From Blastocystis sp. ATCC 50177/Nand II (taxonomy: Eukaryota), in assembly GCA_039096935.1 (NCBI GenBank), contig JBBPEE010000035.1, positions 868,001-932,000 of the forward strand: 64,000 bases of DNA, in the 5' to 3' direction. This document shows positions 24,431 through 35,621 of this stretch, one piece after another. A program made the position numbers and the translations under genes. The notes under the pieces are model-generated. The model was not told where the DNA came from. It saw only the letters and a program-made list of their open reading frames with translations, and searched no databases. Position 1 is the stretch's first letter, and the number at the start of each line of letters is the position of its first letter.

Positions 24431-26595
24431 ATGAACAAGCAAAGCATCTTGAGGGAAGTGGATCCAGAAGTACTAGACTTCATAACGAAGCATCCACCGG
24501 AGACTGTGGAAGAAGCGACAGACACGGTGAATGCGGTCACAGCACTTGGATTGCTATCCCAATTGCGTTTGTATTTTGTGTTTTCATGAGGGATTAGAGG
24601 AAGTGGCTGTTGCCTGTGAAACCGTGTATAAGGATGTGTCGAACAGATTATGCGACTTGAACAAACGAATTGGAACTGCACAGAAGACGCTGACGGAGTG
24701 TGAGCAGCATCTTGTGTCAAAGCAACGCCATTTGTATTCCATTGGGGTTGACGAGCTAATTAAGGAGCATTCAAGTATATTTTCTTTATTTCAGTGAAGC
24801 GTAGCTTCTTTCGAGTGTATGGAGCCTTCTCCGTTCGATTTTTTATCGGTTCCAAAGAAGCAAAGCCGATGCCATGCAACACGACCAAAACCGGACTTGA
24901 AGGCTCTAAACAAGCTTATCGATGATCCAGTTTCTCCCACACCGATTCCATTACTTATAGAGTGTTGACATCACAAGGGAGTATTCATCCCTGCCACGGA
25001 AGTCCGTTCTCGACGTTCATCGCCGAGACATCACCCCCATGGCGAAGAACGAGGGCAGTTACCGCCACTCCCTCTCCATTCTCTCCTCCATCGCCCGGCT
25101 GTTCGCCAAGAAGGAGCCCTCGACGCGTCTCTCGGAGAGTTTCAAGGCCCGCTATCCTGCTGCCGTTTCCACTCTCACCACCGTCGATTCGCACTCCGCT
25201 CTGCCTTCTCAGCCGCCTCCCACGCCTTCCCTCCCGTCATGCACCGTCCAACCGACTCAGTCCACTCAACCGACTCAGCCGACTCAACCGACTCAACCGA
25301 CTCAGCCGACGCAGTCCACTCAACCAACTCAACCGACTCAGCCGACTCAACCGACTCAACCGACGCAGTCCACTCAACCAACTCAGTCATCTCAGTCCAC
25401 TCAACCAACTCAGTCATCTCAGTCCACTCAACCGACTCAACCGACTCAACCGACTCAACCGACTCAGCCGGTGAAGTCGCCACAGAAGGCGGCGAGGCCG
25501 CCTCCACCGCCGATGCCGGCGGGCCTGACGCGGTTGGCGCCCATCTCGGAGGAGTACCAGCCGCCGAAGGCGGTGCAGTGCCGACCGCAGACCGTGCCGC
25601 CGCCCATTCCCAAAGAAGCCCTTCGTCCTTCTCTGCGCGAGTCGCCCAAGTCTGAGTCGCTCAAGTCTGAAACGCCCAAACCTGAACCTCCTAAGACTGA
25701 AACGCCTAAACCTGAGCCACCAAAGTCTGAACCGCCCAAAACGACAACGCCTAAACCTGAACCTCCTAAACCTGAGCCACCGAAGTCTGAAACGCCCAAG
25801 ACTGAAACGCCCACACCGACTCCGCGACCTCTGCCTGCAGGCTTCTTGTCAGCCATTCGACAGGCGGGAACAGAACGACAAGAGAAGGCGCTGCAAGCCG
25901 CCCAAACCGCCTCTTCTGACCCCATCACTTCTAACGCAACTCCCAACCCAACTCCCAACCCAACTCCCGCTAACTCAACTTCTAACCCAACTCCCAACGC
26001 AACTCCCAATACAACTCCCAACCCAACTCCCAACCCAACTCCCGCTAACTCAACTTCTAACGCAACTCCCAACACAACTCCCAATACTACTCCTAACCCA
26101 ACTTCCAACGCAACCCCTTCACCCCTCCAACGCTCCTTCCTTCAAGAAATCCTACAGGCGGGAGTGGCACGGCAGAACCGAGTCAGTTCCATCTCGACGG
26201 CGGACACGGGCTCGATGGGCAGCCGGTCGGGAACGATTCGCCGTACGGGAACACTCGGAGGGAACAGCCGTATTTCGGAGCGGTTCGGCTCGGACATCAT
26301 GAATGATCTCCACAACGAGAACAAGGGAACGCTGCGTGTGCAGACGGACGGAGAGGCGCCTGCTATGCCGACGCAGAACACGGGGAGGAAGAACCTGTTT
26401 GACGAGATTCGCCACTTCGATCTGGCAAAGCTGAAGCGAGTGACCCCAATGGAGCAGGCGGAGAAGAAGGATGTGAGCGGAAGCGTGGAGCCGACCGTGG
26501 CGGAGCTGATGCACAACCGCTTGATGGTGATGCAGTCGGACAGCAGCAGCGACAGCGACGATTCACGATTTGAGTTTTCGGATTGGCGTGTTTGA
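24431..26595 (+). CDS. SCAR/WAVE-like actin nucleation-promoting factor (SHD, Pro-rich region, WH2-C-A)
   Basis: N-terminal TVNAVTALGLLSQLQEVAVACETVYKDV resembles the SCAR homology domain. Poly-Pro region, WH2 RKNLFDEIRHFDLAKLKRV, central helix TVAELMHNRL and acidic tail SDSDD..FSDW. Confidence 0.7.
25249..25470 (+). repeat. 9-bp coding repeat (QPT/QST)n
   Basis: CAACCGACT tandem array within ORF 25039-26595. Confidence 0.9.
25669..26115 (+). repeat. Coding repeats (P/S/T-E-P/T-P-K)n followed by (TPNP/TPNT)n
   Basis: 15-bp and 12-bp tandem units are visible. Confidence 0.85.
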
Positions 26596-26810
26596 TCCAT
26601 CAAAGAGCCCCTTTATCAGGGAAGAACGGTGCGTTTCATCGAGCAGGACTGAGCCCAGCTGGTGTTGGGTGCGGACTTCAAATCCGTAGGGGAGTAACTG
26701 CCCAGCAGTTCGATTCTGCCTGACCTGCGCCACTTTCTTTTTCAGCAAACAGCGCAAAACGATAAACGGCACTGTACAGTTCGCAAAAATGGGGACGGGG
26801 AAGCGCATCT

Positions 26811-27424
26811 TCAAGCAACCTCACTCCCCTCCACCAGCTTCAGACTATTGCATCAGAGACGCCGCATGCACATCCCACCCCTCAATATCCTTCCACACGT
26901 TCAATCCGCCAACAACGTAGTACACCTGTCTTCCGACGGAGGCGTACTGGTTCGCGATGACTCGGCTGCGCGTGCTATCGTTTGAGTAGAAGAAAATGCG
27001 AATGTTGGGCACATCCTTCAGCAGCTTGGTTCGGAACTCGTTCTACGCGTTACACCCACTACTCGAACGGACAAGAGAGTGCGCGCCCGAGATGTGCATT
27101 CTGTCAAACTCCTCTTCACTTCGCGCATCAACAATCCAGATAAGCTCGTTGCTCCTCGTGTAAATCATGTGCAGCTCCCTCGCATCCATGCCCTTGGCCA
27201 CTCTCTCGTCCAGCTCGCTTTCCTCAACGATGCTGCGTCTGCCTTCCTCCTCCTCGGTCTTCGCCTTCCTACGGGGATGACAACGCATTCGAGCCAAAAT
27301 ACGTGTCAAGATCCTTCACTGTCTTCGATGGGCGGAAAAGAAGAGCATACACCGCCACGCAGATAAATGCGATGAGAGCAATCTTTCTCATTTTGTCCTT
27401 TCTATAGATTCGTGTTCCAAGCAT
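26811..27424 (-). CDS. Membrane-anchored rhodanese-like protein, probably inactive
   Basis: TM segment, then IVDARSEEEFDRMHISGAHSL, active loop FFYSNDSTRS (Ser in the usual Cys position) and VYYVVGGLNVW. TGA at 26813-26811. Confidence 0.7.
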
Positions 27425-27458
27425 GATTGTGTCGTGTAAGAAACACGAAGAGGCGAGG

Positions 27459-28862
27459 TTAGAGGATGCGCACAATCAGTGCCGTTCCGTTCAGGTGCAG
27501 TTCGTCCAGGGTCGCGTTCTTCTACACATGGCTCCATTCCCAAAGAACCCACCTTCTCAAGAAGGGAAGCGGGCGGCGTTCCCGAGAGGATGTCGATCTC
27601 CTTTCCCTGCAGTTCCTCCACGGTCTGCGAGATGTAGTTCGCCAGCTCCTCCATCGTCGCCATCTTGAACACACACAGCGTGAGCACCCTGCTGGGCAGT
27701 CGAAGACGCATCCGGCACGCGTTCTCTCCCGCTACGCACTCACACTCGCCTCCGACCACAACGCGCAATCGAAATATCACGATACGGTTTTGCTTGGGAC
27801 GACGCAGGAACACTTCTACTCTGAATGAAACTCCCAGGCGTTACACTGGCGTATTTGTCTTCTCGTTGTTTGTTCGCTTCTGGTTCTGACGAAGCATGCG
27901 CTCTGACAGCCGTGCAGGCATCGGCTTGATATGGGCCGGAGTGATTGGACAGGCATGCGTGGAGGTCTTCATTTCGATGGACGGAGCAGGAATGGCGGGG
28001 AGATTCTCGATGGAGTTTTCTGTTAAAAAGTCCGTAACTAGAACTCATGCCTTTTCCGCAAACGAACTGGCGTCGACGAAACGATCCACGTTGGAACAAT
28101 CAGCCGCATTGATGCGCTTCATTTCGCCTCCCGTGAGAGGGTTGATGATTCCCAAATAGGGCAATGGTTCCGCGTCGTAGAAGGAGCAAAGGCGGCTGCC
28201 CTCGCAGAACTCGGTCGGGTCGGGGTTGGCGAAATGCTGGACGATGATGAAGTTGCACTCCATAATGTCCACAACCATATCGTTGTGGAAAATGTCGCGG
28301 TTGATGCAGGCGCTGTTGAAATCGGTTCGCTCCTACACATCATGAAGTGAATCATAACTGACAAAGATGCATAGCAGGATCCATTTCCTGGGATCCTCAT
28401 AGGCTCCCTTTTCTCTCGCCGCCTCGATCATATAGGGGCCTTTCAGTTTCTCCGGCAAATCGAACTGTCTCGACAAGTCTACATGTGACAAGCGGGAGAC
28501 ATGAAAGACTGTCGTTGTCACTATCTCCAAACAGACTCACGGAGTGGGATTCAATGTTCACTCCCTCCGGGCGATATACCTCTACTCCTTATAGCCAATT
28601 CATTCTATCTACCCTGGCTGCTATAAATTCTTCCAACAGTTGCTTCCTCTCTTCGATCCTCTTCCATTTCCGACTCAGACTCCGAAGAGGACGCTATATC
28701 ATATACTTCATCATTCGCCGGTGGAGCAGAGTTATCGTAGTATAACGAAACGGCCCTATTCAGATCGTAGCCGCTCATCTCCAGATACATCTGCCCCTCA
28801 TCCAGATTCGCACCCGTGATGCCGCAGAATGTGGGCAACAACGTATCCACAGGACCTTCCAT
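27459..28862 (-). CDS. UBXN7: UBA-UAS-UBX p97/Cdc48 adaptor (UBXN7/Ubx5-like)
   Basis: FCGITGA..YLEMSGYDLNRAVSLYY (UBA), KWILL..CINRDIF..CNFI (UAS), RMRLRLPS..TLDELHLNGTALIV (UBX). Confidence 0.75.
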
Positions 28863-29078
28863 AATCACAAGAAAAGAGTGGGCTCAAAACACGTCACACT
28901 TGTTCTTATGCTTTATTGAATATGGGTTTATTACAAGAAGAGATGTGTTTGATAGGGAGTTCTCATCACTGAACTAAGATCCACAAATTGCCCTTCTATT
29001 GTGTGCGAATCATAGGGGCAATTCCATGAAACCACACTTATTCGCTTCCCTGAACAGACGATTCGCCACTCATCGACA

Positions 29079-30508
29079 ATGAGAGCCCTGGGTATTATCC
29101 TCTGCTCTTCGCTATGTGTTTACGTTGCGATTTTTCATGTAACTGCACTGTTTGCTCAACGGCAAGAGGATGGGGATATTATCACGCCTTCGGTGAAGAA
29201 TTCCGCTAAACCCTCATCGTTAGTCCTATGACAGTGGTACCCTTGAATATCAGGACAAAAACCGGCTTGTCACCACCGTTAAGTGGTCTCAGCCTAATTC
29301 CCTGAAACAGAGTTCATATCGGTATGTAGCAATGATGCCTAGTTTAAATGCTGAAGAACAGTCCCATTTCGTCTCTTGGTTTCGATTATTCGTCATACTA
29401 CACTCCTGGCATGACATCGCCCAGGGATTTGAAGGAGCCAACTACAAGATGGACGGCGGGAACTCCCACCTTCGAGGAATATATGAACGATGTGTACATC
29501 CCTGTACAGGACCGCGAAGTGAGAAATGGCTCATCCACACTTATCTACCAAAAGCGTACCAATGCAGGTATCGCAAATCAGATCATGGGTGTGTGTGATA
29601 CGCTGATTTTGGGCGTCGTCTACAACCGTTCCGTTCAAAGTGCGTCTCCTTAACCTCCCTAACCTGCAGTTAACGCTCCTGCCATCCCCAATCACTTTTT
29701 CGACTTCCCCCTATTCAATCTCACATTCCCGGCTCCCTTGACCTACCCCTCTGGCATATTCCTCCCTCTTCTGTCACGCCTAGAAGAAGCTCGTCTCAGC
29801 CTCGCGTCCTCCGTCGTGAACGACTCCATCACCTACATTGAGTTCACATCGCGGGCCTCCATCCCCGGCATCACCGATCTCTACCAGTTCAACAGCCTCT
29901 ACAAGGGAGTCGTGGTCTTCGAGTCGGGCACCACCTTCCTCCGTCAGATCTTCCGCCATTCGCGGGTCCGTCAGTTCGCCCGTTCCTTCATCACGCCCAA
30001 CGAGAACGCCACCGTGGCGCGCAACAGCTGGTACAACACCTGTTTCCGTGGCCTCTTCCAACCCAGCGCCTTCACCCGGCAGTTCCTCCAGCCGTGGGAA
30101 CGCGTGTTCGAGGAGCACTTCATGGTGGGCGCGCACATCCGGTTGGCGGGAAATCTGACGACGTGGCGGGAAAAGTCGGCGGCGATGTCCTTTTCACAGG
30201 TGGAGGCGCAGTTTGGTGCGATGAAGTCCCTTTTGAACGAGAAGCCGAATTCACTCCTGTTTTTGGCAACGGACAACGCGTGGATCGAGAAGGAGATGAT
30301 GAAGCGGTTTGGCGACCGTTTGCTCTTTGTGGGGAACCTGCCGCGAACACACACGGGCTCCTTCACCAACGAGGCGGGATTAATGCGGTCGTACACGGAG
30401 CTGTATCTGCTCGGAAAGTGCGACGTGCTCTTCTTGACGGACAGGAGTTCCTATTCGAGGCTGGCGAATTCGATCAGAAAGGAGACAGCCGAAGTGTATT
30501 ACTTCTAG
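29079..30508 (+). CDS. Type II membrane fucosyltransferase-superfamily glycosyltransferase
   Basis: AGIANQI, VGAHIR, LFLATDN and [19 protein letters not shown] motifs, with an N-terminal TM. Early exons approximate. Confidence 0.7.
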
Positions 30509-30545
30509 TGGTTTTAGTGTTTTCTCTGCGTTTGTTCCAAACTCC

Positions 30546-32384
30546 ATGAAACAGACCAAGGGCATCTTTTCCGGTGCTTTCTTCCTGCTTGGTGTGTTTC
30601 TGGCCGCTATTCTATCCCTCCTCCTGTACTCTTTCTTCCCCGTACAACTCAGTTTATCTTTTGTGTTGTAGCTTACTGTGTAGATATCGTTGCGATCCAG
30701 CAAGGAGAACGCGTCATTTCCCTGGAGCCCGTGAAGGCGTCTTCCATTGAGAAGGTAGAGCGTGTTCAGTTTGCACGTACGAATGGAAAAGCAGACTTGA
30801 TGGTAGAACGAGGAATTGAAGAGAAGGGGGATCGGAGCACGGCAAGTGATCCCTCGCCGTCGCTACACTCTTATGAAACCGTGGAGAACTATCGTTCTGT
30901 CAGGGGATCCGCCTGTCATCCCAAGAGTGTCGATTTCTCCTCTGCTTCATGGCATGGGTTCTACTCACTCCTTACAAATAGGTTGAGCGACTTTGAGAAG
31001 CGGAAGCAGTGTGCCTTCGGAAACTATAGTGACCAGTACTCCCCTCTATGCCCTTTCCATGTAGTTACGAAACGGAAGCGAATCCGAAGAAGACGGAGGA
31101 GGAGGAGTGAGCATCATCAATCCCCTTCACTGTAGGGATGGCTACTCTTCTCTCGAGAATTTCAACGTGGAGGGAGTGCACTGGGCTTATCTGACGAACG
31201 CCTGCCTTGGCATGGAGACTCTTGAGATCTTCTTCTTCCGCGGGAAGAACCGACGCAAGTTCACCGATCGTCTGGAGGGGTACCAGCATCTGTGGAAGTT
31301 CCGGACCCTGGACACCTCATTCCCGGGAGACCCTTCGGAATCGGTTGTATGGGACGACGACGGCGCGTGGATGATCATTCCGGGATGGCTGCGCCACACG
31401 AGCCACTTCTTTGAGAACATTGTGATGGTGAATCACCGATCGGTCAATCCCTCCGTGATGCCTCCAGTAACTCTACTGCTGCATCTTCAGCGTAGATGCG
31501 ACACGTTTTCCTTCCGCGCTTTTCGATGCAGAAGGAGATCAAGTGGACGAAGGGAATGCTGCAGGCGCTGAAAGAAACGCATCCTACGGAAGGGAAGAAC
31601 GCGATTCACTTCCACCCCATTGAGGAGATTCGAAAGATCGCACGGAGGAAGCAGTTTCTCTGCTGGAGGCACATCGTGATCATTTCCTCCTATTATCACT
31701 TGTAGGGCATTAGTGGGCACACGAACCATGATGGGAGAGGCGGCTATTTCCCATATCCCTACGAAGCGGACTATCTTCGTGCCGCCATTTACAAGGCGTT
31801 TCATTTAGACCCGAGTTTTATTTATCAGTCGCATCAGAAGGCACTACAGGTTCTGTACCTTCCGCGAGACAAGCACAGCAAGGGCAGGCAAGTGATTAAC
31901 GGGGATGAGGTTCTGGGGCTGATCCGTTCCATGGATGTTGTTTTATGATACAACTATAACCTGTAGCAGCTGTTTACTCTCACTGTATCTGAGATTCACA
32001 GGATTCCCATGTCGGAGCAAGTTGCGATTACAATGAACTCGGATATCGTGATTGCGGTGCACGGCGCTGCGGCCGCGACCATTGTGTTCCTGCTTCCGCA
32101 CTCCTCCTTCATCGAATTCCGGCCGCCGAACTTCCGTGACAACTGGTACCAGATTATGTGCAACCAGGCGCAGCTGCAGCACGTGGCGATGAACAACTTT
32201 TCGGTGCCATTGCCATCGGCCTGTCCGAGCATCCGCGCGACGCTGGATCCCGTGAAGCACCAGCTGTGCTGGAAGAAGGTGCATTTTGCGAACGTGTATG
32301 TGTGTGTGGAGTGTCTGCGCAGTGTTCTGCTGAATCAGCACCGCACCGTGAGTGTGTTAAAGTATGGAGTGTCGTACGAGGACT
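30546..32384 (+). CDS. GT61-like glycosyltransferase; stop probably completed by poly(A)
   Basis: N-terminal [40 protein letters not shown]. Ends SYED-T(32384) GGCG TGTTTGTT; genomic TGA lies at 32396-32398. Confidence 0.75.
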
Positions 32385-32462
32385 GGCGTGTTTGTTGAGC
32401 GTGAATGCGATTGTTTCCCGGAAGAATCGTTCTGTGGGCTCCTTGTGTTGTACTCAATAAGA

Positions 32463-33844
32463 ATGAAAGGAGTACGGAAGAAGAGGGTAACCGAAAGGGT
32501 TCTCCAAAATAGGGGGGAAAAGGGGAATGGGCTTCCTTGACTTGAACGAGTACGATTCCTTGTTGTGCTGCAGAATAACCGGGGAATGCAGAGCAATCAG
32601 AGCGAGGAAGATTTTACTCTCTCTTTTGGATATCAGGAGGGTAGTCCAAGTGGCCGCTTCTCGCCGCCTGTGATGGGTAGACTTGGGGAATACGAACCGC
32701 AGTGTCATGGATCCTAAAACGATCAGACAGTGCAAAGCAGATCAGGCGAGAATCCTGGAGAAGTTCAATTCTCCCTACTACTCTCTTCTGGTACGGTTTC
32801 TTTTTTTGGGTGAGTGTGTTTAGGAGTTTGGAGCGGAGAATATGCTTTCCTTCGAGCAACTCGGGAGATTGACGATGGAAGTGCTTTCCGGTTCGCTGCT
32901 TGTGGAGAAGTGGAAATCGGTGCTTCATTGCGTAACTCTCTGACCAATAGTTCCTGGCCTCGTTGAAAGAAGCAAATCAGTCGGGCTACGACGATGACGA
33001 TTCGGGTATGGATTGGGCGTGTATGTTAGGAGTAGACACAGTTACTATTACCAAGGTAGATATGATACAGAAACAGCTCGATGCTCTTGTTGTCGGCCCT
33101 CTCTGTCGCGTTCAGCCCTAGGCCCAAATGGAAAAGGTGAAGGAGGAGAGTCGAAGGAAATCGGAAGAACTGGAGACGCTTCGTCGTAGAGTGCAGGAGA
33201 ACGACGTCCTGAGCCAGAACACCTCCTCCACGCCCCACTCCCGTGCCAACTCCCTCCAGTTCCCCGATGTCGACATCAAAGCCAAAGAGCCGGTTTCATA
33301 CGCGGACGATTCCTACCTCATGGACTTCAGCAAGCCCGCTTCCTACCAGCCCTCGTCGGAGCCGCCCATCGTGGTGCGTCGTCGCTCTCTGGAGCCCGAG
33401 CCGCTTCCCAGAGAGCCGGCGCGCCCGCCCGTGCCGCCCGCCCCGCCACGACGCAGCATTTCCCGCGACCACGCGAAGCCCGCGCCGCCCACGACTCCTG
33501 CCCCTGCAGCTGTGCCGGCTGTGCCGGCTGTACCGGTTGTACCGGTGGCGAAGAACCCTCACTCGCTGCTGATGGAGGAGATTCGCAAGAGCGCGCAGCA
33601 GCGGATGAAGAAGAATGAGGAGTGATGGTGGGGTGATGGGCTGAGGTATAGAGAGAAACAGCCAGCGGCGAGCGAGCGGGAGGCGGTGGTGAAGGGGACA
33701 CAGGACGAGTCGGAGGTGACGAAGACGCAGCGTCAACTGAAGCTGTCGCTGAACGACGAGATCCGACTAAGAATGAAGGAGCGTCTGCAGGTGATGCAGG
33801 AGAGCGACTCGGACGATCCGGGCAATGTAAACGAGATGGATTAG
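32463..33844 (+). CDS. Pro-rich protein with WH2-like and central/acidic tail (5' exons uncertain)
   Basis: PPVPPAPPRR, HSLLMEEIRK, LNDEIRLRMKERLQVMQESDSDD. TAG at 33842-33844, TGTTTGTT at 33853. Confidence 0.55.
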
Positions 33845-33876
33845 TTTTGTTGTGTTTGTTGGAAACAGACCATCAA

Positions 33877-35532
33877 CTAATTGCGTCTGCCGGCTCTTTT
33901 CTTGCCTCTACCTCTGTTGGGGTAGCCCTTGTTGGGGTTGCGGTTCGGCGACTTGGGCGATCTGGGCGAGCCAGGCGATCTGGGCGATGTGGGCTTCGCA
34001 GGGGTCGCCGTCTCCTTCGCAGGCTCCGTGGAAGGCTCCTCAATCACCACAACGGGCTTCTCGAGGGGTTTCTTTTCCTCCTCCTTCACTTCCTCAGCAG
34101 GCTTCTCTTCCTTCACTTCTTCAGTGGGCTTCACTTCCTCAGCGGGCTTCTCCTCAGGCTTCTCTTCCTTTTCCTCTTCAACAGGCTTCACCTCCTCCTT
34201 CGCCTCAACCTTCACTTCCTCAACGGGGTTCTCCTCAACCTTCGCCTCTTCCGCGGGCTTCACTTCCTCAGCGGGCTTCTCCTCAGGCTTCTCTTCTTTC
34301 TCTTCAACGGGCTTCACCTCCTCCTTCGCCTCAACCTTCACTTCCTCAACGGGGTTCTCCTCAACCTTCGCCTCTTCCGCGGGCTTCACTTCTTCAGTGG
34401 GCTTCTCTTCAGGCTTCTCTTCCTTTTCCTCTTCAACAGGCTTCACCTCCTCCACCTTCTCTTCCGCAGGCTTCTCTTCAGTCTTCACTTCTTCGACCTT
34501 CTCCTCAGCGGGCTTCTCCTCAGGCTTCGCCTCTTCAACGGGAGTCTCCTCAGGCTTCTCTTCCACCTTCGCCTCCTCGACAGGCTTCTCTTCAGCCTTC
34601 TCCTCTTCAACGGGCTTCTCTTCAGCCTTCTCCTCTTCAACGGGCTTCTCTTCAGGCTTCTCTTCTTCAACGGGCTTCTCTTCAGGCTTCTCCTCAGGCT
34701 TCTCCTCCTTCACCTCCTCCTTCTCCTCAGGCTTCTCTTCAGCCTTCACCTCTTCAACGGGCTTCTCTTCAGGCTTCTCCTCCTCCTTCGCCTCTTCAAC
34801 CTTCGCCTCTTCAGCAGGCTTCACCTCCTCGACCTTCACTTCCTTAACTTCCTCAGTAGGCTTCACCTCTTCAACGGGCTTCATCTCAACGGGCTCCTCA
34901 GAAAGAGTGATGCTCTTTCCATTCTTTACGCAGAACGCAGACCAACTACCAGCAAACGCATTATCCTCCTGCAGGGAGGGAATGCTATCGAGAATGCTGT
35001 TCTCAACAGCACTAACAAGGACTTCGGCTCCCTTATAGGCAAATGAGATGGAATAATCACAGACATTCGCCGGAGTGTTAACCTTGCTTGATAAATCATA
35101 CAGGAACGAACTATAGGACTTCTCGTCCTTGAACGCGTGGCAAATATACTTCCTGCTAGCGTCCTTGCACGGGAAAGCCACGAACTTCGACGACATAGCA
35201 ATCTTGCTAAGCAACTCGTAACAATCAACTCTACGCTCAGAATTCATGCACTGACTGAGAACCGCGTCGTCGCAGAGGGCCTTCAGACCGCTCGCGAGCT
35301 GCGATTCCTCAATAACACCCTGATCATTCACCGCAACTACGGAACCAATCGACGCGTCCAGGAAACGCATTCTTAGTTCGCTGTCAATGGCATTAAGAAT
35401 ATGCTCGTCCGCCTTTTCGGCATCATACGGATTTGAGAGCGATTGAGTCACCTCACGAAGGGTACCCAAAAACTGAATTTTCGCAGTCACAACGGAGTTA
35501 TTCTCCACTTGCTTGGAAGACGCACAACCCAT
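33877..35532 (-). CDS. Intronless, probably dually acylated (MGCxxS) protein with long EEKPVEE repeats
   Basis: 551-aa ORF: MGCASSK start, Glu/Lys/Pro/Val repeats, SPR repeats and a basic tail. Confidence 0.8.
   Translation of the reverse strand: MGCASSKQVENNSVVTAKIQFLGTLREVTQSLSNPYDAEKADEHILNAIDSELRMRFLDASIGSVVAVNDQGVIEESQLASGLKALCDDAVLSQCMNSERRVDCYELLSKIAMSSKFVAFPCKDASRKYICHAFKDEKSYSSFLYDLSSKVNTPANVCDYSISFAYKGAEVLVSAVENSILDSIPSLQEDNAFAGSWSAFCVKNGKSITLSEEPVEMKPVEEVKPTEEVKEVKVEEVKPAEEAKVEEAKEEEKPEEKPVEEVKAEEKPEEKEEVKEEKPEEKPEEKPVEEEKPEEKPVEEEKAEEKPVEEEKAEEKPVEEAKVEEKPEETPVEEAKPEEKPAEEKVEEVKTEEKPAEEKVEEVKPVEEEKEEKPEEKPTEEVKPAEEAKVEENPVEEVKVEAKEEVKPVEEKEEKPEEKPAEEVKPAEEAKVEENPVEEVKVEAKEEVKPVEEEKEEKPEEKPAEEVKPTEEVKEEKPAEEVKEEEKKPLEKPVVVIEEPSTEPAKETATPAKPTSPRSPGSPRSPKSPNRNPNKGYPNRGRGKKRAGRRN
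34060..34900 (-). repeat. Coding Glu-rich repeats with a higher-order ~120-bp duplication
   Basis: EEVKPAEEAKVEENPVEEVKVEAKEEVKPVEE occurs twice. Confidence 0.85.
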
Positions 35533-35621
35533 TCTGCTTAAAAAATGAACCTCTCAAGGGCGACGTAAATTGGGACATCAACGACCCTATCGAAAAAAAC
35601 AGGACACAGATACAAACAAAC

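Noticed and set aside
16628..27874. Plus-strand TGTTTGTT at 16628 and 27867
   Set aside because: Both are antisense within coding exons of minus-strand genes and are explained by codons (e.g. QTN, NKQ).
29640..29669. TCCTTAAC inside an intron
   Set aside because: The donor is GTGCGT (U2 type) and the motif is far from the AG, so this is an ordinary 30-nt intron.
33847..35046. Three long plus-strand ORFs (Leu/Phe/Ser-rich)
   Set aside because: Antisense shadows of the Glu/Lys repeat gene.
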